From Spirogloea muscicola (taxonomy: Eukaryota): a DNA stretch of 64,000 bases. The position numbers and the translations under genes are program-made. The stretch lies in assembly GCA_009602725.1 (NCBI GenBank), contig WELB01000019.1, positions 275,705-339,704 on the forward strand. The letters are read 5' to 3'. Positions 55,192 through 64,000 of the stretch are shown here, piece after piece. The notes under the pieces are model-generated. The model searched no databases. It saw nothing but the letters and a program-made list of their open reading frames with translations, and was not told where the DNA came from. The number at the start of each line of letters is the position of its first letter. The stretch's first letter is position 1.

Positions 55192-57213
55192 CTAAAATGC
55201 CCAATCCTTGGGTAGTACCAAGTCCTTGACCCACATAAAAACTGGGATGAAGACATAGTACAATGAAGCTACTGTGCCAAGGAAAAATCTATATGCAAAA
55301 GAAAAGGGGTTGATTGACCTTGTCACGTCCTCGGCCTTGGGACCAAGCTGCACAGCAAGAAGGCTGATTTGAGGTTAGAAGTTACACCAATACCGTCAGT
55401 CATGCTGGTCATGCTTCTATCCATGGCTTCGGACATACTCGCGGGCAGCTGAGCTGAAGGCTCAGCGCGAAAGTAAGGGCGGGCTACCTGCAAAGGGGAA
55501 TCGCCTGGAACGGCTTTGACACCTGTGACCGAGCACCCCATGATCAATCCATGCCGGCGATCCCCTCGGTACCACTTTGGCCCAATTCGCTTGATCTTTA
55601 CATCCTGGAATCCTGCTCTTGTGAACCAATCCATATACTCCTGTTCCGTAGGGAACAGCATCCACACATCAGCGAAGAAACGGGACAACCAGAAGGTTGG
55701 ATGAACAGGTCCAATGAGACACGCCTTGCCTCCAGGCTTCACGACTCTGTAGGCTTCCTTAATACCCCTCTGAGGGTCGGGCCAGTATTCGATGCTGTCA
55801 TGTCAAGAGAAGAAGAGTGTCAGGACTGGTAGCAATGTAGCTGTGCATGGGCCCCCATAAACGAAGTGGTTAGACAATGTCATGCAAAAAGCACAAGCAA
55901 AATGTACAACAAGCAAAAGGCATGCTCCACCCTGTAGGCAGACCACACAACCTCACACACTGAACGGACATGAATATATCAAAGTAGGGTCAAGCTTAGG
56001 GAACATCCATCCACGATGTCAACAGCACCAGCTATTTTCCAGTCTGCTTCTGATATCTGAATACAGAAACTAAAATCCGCCTATTTTGTTGGGTGTCTTT
56101 GTGAAACCAGCAATTGGGCCCAACCTTCCAGCTGATACATATCTGTCAGCGTAGTCCGTAGGAAATGGAAGGTCCTCTGCGTCCCCTTCGACTATTTTGC
56201 AGTCCTTGAGGGGGGCCTTCTCCCTGGCTTTTGCCAACTGATGAGGGGACTGTTCTACAACAACACGTGGCCGTGGCCTGGAGATGCTGGTAAGTCATGT
56301 AGGAGAAGCGTGATCAACACAGAAAGCAAAGCGAAGACGATGAAAACCGTGATAAGAGGCAAATTGCTTGCTGACCTGGTCAAGGATTGTGCAGTTCCTG
56401 GCATCAACGGTCTTCACAATACCAAGGGTGGTAAACCCTGTACCTCCTCCAACATCCACCACCACCAGATTGGGATCATTCAAGTCCGCTGGCTCCAGGG
56501 CGTCCTCTCTCATGTCCTCAGTCCAATGTCCTGGATTGATGACGTGGTCGTACACTACGGAGAGGAAGCGGTAGAACCAAAAGGCCTCCTGCTTGTGCTG
56601 AATGAAACGTGGCTGTGAGGCAGAGCAGAGCCACGTTCAAGTCAGTGCAGGCCGGAATGCTGACACGGTGTATTGCTACGAGCTTACTGAGCTGACAGAG
56701 CCCGTTCCGCGAGATCAAGGAGCATAAGATTACGACAAGCTGCAGAAGAATGGTCTTGGCAAACAGAAAGTGCCAGTACGGCACTATGAGTGGAAGTTAG
56801 ACCAGCAAGTAACTTCCATGGAGATTTTGAGTGGCACTCAAAGAATGCAGCTGAAGTGCAGGCGGAATAGTCGTCCTGACCTGAGATGCTGGCCTCTCAG
56901 TGGAGAGGCTGGCAGAGGTTGCTTGGCGTCGCACGCTGACCCGTGATTGGCAGGACAGGGGCGCAAAGCTGCCAGGGGCACGAGCCAAGGATGACGACTC
57001 ACACAACGAACGACGCTAGGAGCTGCTGGGCCCTCGTTGCCCTCGATCAAGGACAGGCAAGGCATGGCCTGACCGTCGGACCAAGAGCGGCGACCAGCGA
57101 GCCGCGCGAGCCAGCGGAGCCAACGAGGTGGTCCGCGGCGGACGGCCCTCACCTGGAGGCCGCCGCGAAGCCGCCGCCCGCGGACGCCAGCCGCAGCGGC
57201 GCGGCGGCGCGCC
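55192..57213 (-). CDS. VTE3: MPBQ/MSBQ methyltransferase (start probably in gap)
   Basis: RFIQHKQEAFWFYRFLSVVYDHVINPGHWTEDMR, VDVGGGTGF, EGDAEDLPFPTDYADRYVSAG|SIEYWPDPQRGI, RRHGLIMGCSVTG, VFMWVKD. Confidence 0.95.
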
Positions 57214-57598
57214 NNNNNNNNNNNNNNNNNNNNNNNNNNNNNNNNNNNNNNNNNNNNNNNNNNNNNNNNNNNNNNNNNNNNNNNNNNNNNNNNNNNNNNN
57301 NNNNNNNNNNNNNNNNNNNNNNNNNNNNNNNNNNNNNNNNNNNNNNNNNNNNNNNNNNNNNNNNNNNNNNNNNNNNNNNNNNNNNNNNNNNNNNNNNNNN
57401 NNNNNNNNNNNNNNNNNNNNNNNNNNNNNNNNNNNNNNNNNNNNNNNNNNNNNNNNNNNNNNNNNNNNNNNNNNNNNNNNNNNNNNNNNNNNNNNNNNNN
57501 NNNNNNNNNNNNNNNNNNNNNNNNNNNNNNNNNNNNNNNNNNNNNNNNNNNNNNNNNNNNNNNNNNNNNNNNNNNNNNNNNNNNNNNNNNNNNNNNNN

Positions 57599-57724
<126 letters not shown>

Positions 57725-57812
57725 ACTCGGTCTCAACGCGCTCTGCCTCTCCCTGCTCACGCTGCGCCGCGGCGCCATCCCGGAGCCGCCGCAGCCGCCG
57801 CCGCCGCCGGCG

Positions 57813-60250
57813 ATGGCGACCGCCGCTGTAGGCGCCGGCCTCCGCCCCCGCGTCGTGCTCTTCGGCGACTCCATCACGCAGCACGGCTTCGCGCCCGGCG
57901 GCTGGGCCGCCGCGCTGCAGGACGAGTACGCCCGCAAGGTGCGGCGGCGGCTGCGGCGGCGGCGGCGGCCGCAGTAGATCCTCCGCCGGAGCGGTTGCCG
58001 ATCCCGCTGACCGCTCCCCTCGCCGCCGCCGCCGCCGCGCCGCCGCCGCCGCGTCAGGTGGACGTGGTGCTCAGGGGCTACAGCGGCTACAACAGCCGCT
58101 GGGCGCTCTACCTGCTGGACCACATCTTTCCGCCGGTACGTGCGAGTGAACTCCAGCTGACTTGAACCCAGACCTCGAGTCTCAAAACCTAGACCCCTAA
58201 GCGCTCAACAAAACCCCTAAAACCCTAAATCTGAAGCTCAACACAAAATTACCCCTGAATATGCAGCTCAGCCCTCGTCTCCTGCACCAGTGGCGGCGCT
58301 CCAGCGGCAGCGAATGCAAGCCTTGCTGCTGGTCCTTGACGAGCGCGGCCCTCGTTGAGCATGACCTTGGCGACGAACCTTGGGCGGTGCTGACTCGCTG
58401 ATGTGGGCTTGTCCGTGCTGACGCCCGTTTGCTGGGCCGGCGGTGTGGCGGGTTTTGGGTTTTGGCAGGAGTCTGTGGAGCGAGCGCCGGCACTGGTGAC
58501 GATCTTCTTTGGCGCAAACGACGCTGCATTGCCAACCGGTGACAGCAAGCGGCAGCACGTCCCCTTTCTGGAATACAAGGCCAACCTCCGCTACATTGTG
58601 GAGCACATTCAGGTAGTTGTGCAGAGCAACGAAGGCAATGGCGCAAGTCTGGCAACGAACGCCGCCGCCGGGTCGGGTCTGACGCCCTGCTGGGAGACGA
58701 CGTGCCCCAGCACCTTTACCTCCAGTTGCGCGACGCGACACTTGGTCGCCATCAGACGGAGCCCCGCATCCCGCAGCCTCTGGCCCATGACGCAGACGTG
58801 GCTGACGTGGTCGTGGGCCGTCCGGGAGAACACGACGATGTCGTCCAGATACACGGGGCAGAAGCCGCCAAGGTCGGGTCTGACGCCCGGCTGGGAGACG
58901 ACGTGCCCCAGCACCTTTACCTCGCGTTGCGCGAAGCGACACTTGGTCGCCTTCAGACGGAGCCCCGCGTTGTTGGCCAGAGGCTGCGGGTCGCGGGGCT
59001 CCGTCTGAAGGCGACCAAGTGTCGGTGCGCGCAAGGGGAGGTAAAGGTGCTGGGTCACCTCGTTCATATCCTCCGCGGCGTCTGCCGGATGTATCTGGAC
59101 GACATCGTTGTGTTCTGCAGGACGGCTCACGACCACGTCAGCCACGTCCGCGTCGTGAGCCAGAGGCTGCGGGACGCGGGGCTCCGTCTGATGTCGACCA
59201 AGTCAGGCGCTTCTATGCTTGAACTTTTATCTCTTGGTTGTGTAACAGTTGTGCGGCTATACACAAATGCATTGTTAAGGGAGACACCTATGCATTGTGA
59301 GTATGCTTGGTGGGTGGCTTTCACAGAGAGTGTCCTCCTCAACAAAAATCGTATTGATCACGCCACCTCCGATCGACGAGGAAAGTCGCAGGACCTATGC
59401 AAGGTACATTCAGAACGTACCAGTAGAAGCACCCCATGTCGCGTTCAGTTGGAAGTAGATACCCTGGTCTTCACATGAGCTCATATTGCTTAGGTTGAGA
59501 GTCTGTCATGCATACTGATGTACACGTGGAGGCACAGGTACAAGGTTGTTGTACCTGTGCCTCCACATGTAGATCAGTATGCATGTCAGCCTAGTCATAT
59601 GGATTGAGCTACTGAAGGAAGAGGCAGCAACTAAAACGTGTTACATTGTGTGGCCGTGCACCTTTTGGATCTCATAGCTCACTTTGATACCAAGATTGAT
59701 CAGCTGGCAAGTCCGTCTCACCTTGTCCTGCAGGCAGAAGTATGGCCACTTGGCTTCGGGGATCGCTGAGAGGACCAATGATGTGACAGGGGACTATGCT
59801 TCCGCTTGCCAGGAAGTTGCATTAGAGATGGGCCTTCCAGCAGTGGATCTTTGGACTCAAATTCAAGAGCAGGAGAACTGGTGGACGACATGCCTCAGGT
59901 GGGTTACTCAGAGATTTCTGTTGATCTGCACTGCAACAACAGCTGCTTGATGCTTAGCTTTTGAGGATTTGGATTTGGATGACTCTGATAGATAACGCTA
60001 GTCGCATGACCATTATCATAAGCTTGTCCTGGGCCTGACCGTACCATCAAGACACTTGTGCAGCGATGGCTTGCACCTTGCTCCAGCGGGCAATCAGGTC
60101 CTCTTCATCGCGCTCCTGCAAACTATTGCGCAGCAGAACTGGCAGCCGTCCCTTGTGCAGGCAAACCTGCCATTCGACTTCCCTGAGCACGGGGACATTG
60201 ACTCTGAGAATCCCAGCAGGACTTTCAAGGGGCTGGCAAAAGGCGTGTGA
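57813..60250 (+). CDS. GDSL/SGNH esterase, IAH1-like
   Basis: Exons 57813-57938, 58057-58135, 58469-58612, 59327-59403, 59734-59898, 60064-60250. Motifs LFGDSIT, RGYSGYNSRW, FFGANDA, ITPPPIDE, DGLHL. Confidence 0.92.
58665..59203. mobile_element. Ty3/Gypsy reverse-transcriptase fragments in fold-back arrangement inside GDSL intron 3
   Basis: YLDDIVVFSRT.HDH..HV..V.QRLRDAGLRL.ATKC.(F)AQ.EVKVLGHVVS..GVRPD. Two partial copies on - (58665-58970) and two on + (58971-59203). Confidence 0.85.
59503..59589. repeat. Near-perfect hairpin (stem about 40 bp, loop 5 nt) in GDSL intron 4
   Basis: catgcatactgatgtacacgtggaggcacaggtacaa ggttg ttgtacctgtgcctccacatgtagatcagtatgcatg. Confidence 0.9.
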
Positions 60251-60692
60251 AAGCAGAAATTGATATCCTATCAGATTCTGTTCACCATTGATGCTGAAGT
60301 CAGGCAGAGACCACGGCCACTCTCTGGCGGCGCGACTGTGCGCAGCTCCCATGGAGCCTGATCTCAAATCAATACCAACACTTGGTTGACCTGCCCTCAT
60401 TCTTAAGCTTCATCTGCACTTACTGCAGTGAGAAAGCTCTCCTTATTGCCGCTGACCCATTGACCCTGAATTTGGGGCCTGGTCAGCAAATACCGTTCCA
60501 GACGCCTATGCGCACAATGTGTGCCGTGGTGAATCTGTGTGTTAGCACTTTGTACACAGCCTACGCAAAGCTTAAGCGGTGGCTGCTATGGATGGTGTCT
60601 GTGCACCAATGTGGTTGTGACCATGAGATGGGGTTGCAGATCTTGGCATCTCCACAGCTTTGGAATTCTAGCTGACTGCAGGGGCACCAGGA

Positions 60693-63270
60693 CTAGTATC
60701 CAAGGACTTCAGCAGGCAGCTGGAGGAGGGCGTCGAGGCAGGCGCCGGTGAACTTCCTCGCGAAGAGGAAGCATGGGGCCTCTGCACTGTTGTGACGGCA
60801 CTCACAGCCTTTGCCCTCGAGCTGCAGCATTGGGGCACATGCAAGGCGCTGATGTGCTCAGTCAAGGGGAGGCAGCAGCAGCCTCCGGAAACGCATCAGG
60901 TGCGCGATCTAAGTATGTCAACGAGCCTGTCTGACAGTGGCATTCATGAGCTCTAGTCATGCACTAGCTGCTTGCGCAGGTGTCAGCAGAAAGTGCAACC
61001 TACGGCCCGGCTACAGAAGGGCCTGACAATCCCACAGCCTCAAGCCCTGCCTCCTGCTAAGCTGCCTAGGCTAGGCACTCGTGAGTGGCAACTTTACCTT
61101 GGCCAGGAGCTCCTCGAGTGGCGGGTCTGTCCACGTGAGTGTGCCGAGGTCTATCTTTGCAGTGTGTGGCCGGTCAGCGAATGTCAGGCCCTGCTTCAAG
61201 CAAGAGCCCGAATATGCAGCAGCATTGGTGTAATGAGCTAGCTGCGGCCTATGCTTGTGCACAGGCAACTCCTTTGGAGCACGGACGACAGTACATGCCT
61301 CACAGAAAACTACAAGTACCACTCCACAACAGTAATCTTTAGGACGATGAGTGCCTAACACAAGATTGTGGTCATAAAACACTACAGTGCCCATTCCTAA
61401 GCATGACATTCTAGGCTGCCAACAACCGTGCTGTTGGTGAGAATAAGGTGAGGGAGAGGCTGAACTACCTGGAGTTGCTGCACACTTTCTTCCGTGCAGT
61501 CCTCTGGGGCAAATGACTTGGGGTGCCAGCTGCGTGCGGACCAGTCGGCGAACGTGACAGAGAAGTTCGAGATCTGCGCTGCGGCTGTCATCTGCCAGCC
61601 ACCACGCCGCAGACTGGAGTGACCTCAAACCCATGTCAAGTAGCACCAAAAGCCAGCTCGCCGCAGACAGAGCCTCCCAGTGGGGCAGGCCGCAATCTGT
61701 TGTCACAGGTGGCCGACTCACTAGGCATGCGCAGCAATGTATCTGGCAGGGAGGGGGGGCTCGGCTGCTGCCTTCTATCGCACGTGGAGGAAGGTCTGAA
61801 TGTAGTGCTCGTCGGCGTAGCAGTGGTACGACGGGTGATTCTGCATGGCAGCATTTTGGGTTCAGCACTTTGGCAGGTAGAAGTATAGCTCACAACGACT
61901 GGTCAGTCCAAGCTGAGCCACCGCAAAGCTTACCTTGCAGTCCCAGCGGAACTTGGTGCAAATTCTTCTGTCAGCCACAACGGCTTTTGCATGCCGTCTC
62001 TGCAACGCAAACCACTGCGCCGCCGCAGCCGACGTATCTGAGTCGACGTGCGTACACGTCAAGTGGGCGCACCCCTTTCAATGCTGCTAAATGCTGGTAC
62101 TTGTCCTGCACCTCTGGGCACCGTGCACCTTGACAGTTGCTGCCGATTTTCACTAGCGAACGGTATAGTCAGCGTTCCAGCCTTGGCCACGTCAAGTCAG
62201 GTTCAAGCTTATTCAACTGTCTTTTTGGTGTTTCATACTTGTGTAGGCACCTGCGAGCCCTTTCGCCAGTCGCTCTTTCGGACCTCGGGCAGCATGTCGC
62301 CCTCGTGGTACCGCCCTGCGCCATGTGGGCCGTAGTCAATATAGCTGCCACGCGCCGCGAAAAGGGCGGTCAGAGAAGGAAAGGGACGGAGGCAGAGAGG
62401 AGGGAGGGGGGGAGATTTTGCAGAGGGGCTGATGAGCTCAGCTTGGTGTCAACATTTCCGAGCCGCCTTATGTGTCTGCTGCTTGACGGGTCTCGTAATC
62501 AAGGTGGGCGGACCTCACCTGTCAACGAAGCTGGTCTCTGCACCGAGAAGGTAATCATATGCGTAGTCGAAGCTTCTGATGGGGATGCAGCTGCACGTAG
62601 CCACGTTCTAGACGTGTGATGAGGCCGGGCACTGATTCTAGAATGCCTGCAGCTGCTCACGACTGCAAGGACATTGCCGGATAATCAATTTGGGAGGCAG
62701 GACAGAGCTCACGACTCGGAGAGGAGCAAGAAATGTGTGTTCCGGGGATCGAGGAGCGCAACAGCCAGCAGCCGCTTCTCGGCCTCCACAACGTCCAGGT
62801 CCCCCCAGTGAACCTGCATTGCAAATCGGTATGACAACCGTGGCCAGGACGTCATGGGCTGGCTGACCTTGCGGCTACCTTCCTGCCAAATTTCAGCGGA
62901 GTTCTTGCAGCAGCAACACGCTATGATCTCCATAATGAGGTGTCAAAATCCTTTGTCATATTTTGGTAATTCTAGACTCGCAAATAACTCAACAGCTGAC
63001 ATATTTATTGCACTATTTCTTTCTCAGGGCTTGGGGTTTGCAGTTGACATGTACCATCCTAGTCATCACAAAGATGGGGGATTGACGACCTACATGGCCG
63101 GTCTGCGCGATCTCCGTGTCGATGAAGAGGTCGCTGGTCAGCGCCATAGTTGAACGGTTGTACTTGAACCCCGGCGGCGCATGCACGTAGATGCGGAAGC
63201 GACCTGCACCCGGCTGCGCGAGTGCGGGAGCGCTGCCCATGAAGCTGGTCAGTGAAGGCGCCGCTGTGCC
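60693..63270 (-). CDS. Core-2/I-branching beta-1,6-GlcNAc transferase family (DUF266/BC10-like); 5' exons not identified
   Basis: FRIYVHA, VHWGDLDVVEAEKRLLAVALLDPRNTHFLLLSES|CIP, WRKGSQ|WFALQRRHA, CYADEHYIQT, VTFADWS..WHP, CFLFARKF. Confidence 0.9.
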
Positions 63271-63436
63271 TGAGAGCAAGACTGGGCGGCGACGTGACGA
63301 GAGAGGGTAACAAGGGTAAGGAAAATGTGATGAAAAGCCCCTCTTGAGCTTATCACGGTAAGCTCAGAATCACAGGGCTTGAGCGCAGGGAAGACAAATG
63401 GCAAAGAAGTGGAAACAGGATTGAGGGCTTATATTA

Positions 63437-63531
63437 CAGAGAGAAGGCGCGCGGTGCGCATGAAATTGAAAGGGAGGCCAATTCTAGCCTTACAAATGTC
63501 CTGTTAACTGGGTAATGAGCTAGCTAGGGGG
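63437..63531 (-). mobile_element. 95-bp LINE-like 3'-end insertion with 12-bp TSD
   Basis: TSD GGGCTTATATTA at 63425-63436 and 63532-63543. Same sequence family as 7638-7744 and about 54168-54215. Confidence 0.7.
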
Positions 63532-64000
63532 GGGCTTATATTAAAGGCTTAAAGTGAGAGAAAGGGGTGAGGGAAAAGGAGGAATAGCATAGGCAGGGGG
63601 GCAGGGAGGGCGGGGCGTGGGGTTGGAACATGGTGAAGAAGGGGTGATGAAACAAGAAATGTGGAGAAAGAGGGGGGAGGAGCGGGAGAACTGCGCAAGA
63701 AAGGTCGACGAAAAGGGCTGAGAGAGAGAGAGAGAGAGGAAAAACAGAGCAAGGAGTTAGTTGGAGAGAAGGCCAGGGAAAGGCTAGATGGACACAACGA
63801 GAGGAGGCGCGCGCTGCCCATGGGAAATAAGGGAGGCCAATTCAACCGAAGCCGTGAAACATTGTTCAGCGAAACGAGAGATACGCGCGCCGCGGGGGGC
63901 GATAAGGAGCGGAGGCGAAGCGAGTGGCTTTGGAGCGAGACGAGGCCGAGCGGAGGACTGCTCAGTGGCGGGGGAGCCACTGGGCAGTGGCGGCTGGAGG

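Overview
Eukaryotic, intron-rich, GC-rich nuclear DNA. The gene content (Tic22, VTE3, MTV1, a BC10-type glycosyltransferase, an SCS-type EF-hand fragment), telo-box motifs and two U12-type introns point to a streptophyte, probably a charophyte-grade alga (inference). Three assembly gaps (21109-21518, 42215-42675, 57214-57598) hide several 5' ends. Eleven recognisable spliced host genes are present: PIF1, ETFA, Tic22, MTV1/tepsin, U1-70K, UBP23-like protease, deoxyhypusine synthase, FANCJ-like helicase, VTE3, a GDSL/IAH1 esterase and a core-2/I-branching GlcNAc transferase. There is also a Myb/SANT gene and a small conserved-looking ORF. Between PIF1 and ETFA (about 2.9-18.4 kb) is a dense accessory region. 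It holds a gag zinc-knuckle fragment beside a C5 DNA-methyltransferase fragment folded into a 308-bp inverted repeat, a decayed duplicate of the ETFA 3' end, a captured intron-containing EF-hand gene fragment and a pogo-like MITE. It also holds most of the window's more than 15 5'-truncated copies of an RLE-type non-LTR retrotransposon (CTT-initiated target-site duplications) and several copies of an unrecognised Cys-containing gene. The most striking pattern is repeated fold-back (hairpin) duplication of TE or gene coding fragments, including one of Ty3 RT inside a host intron. All calls come from reading the sequence by eye; no searches were run.
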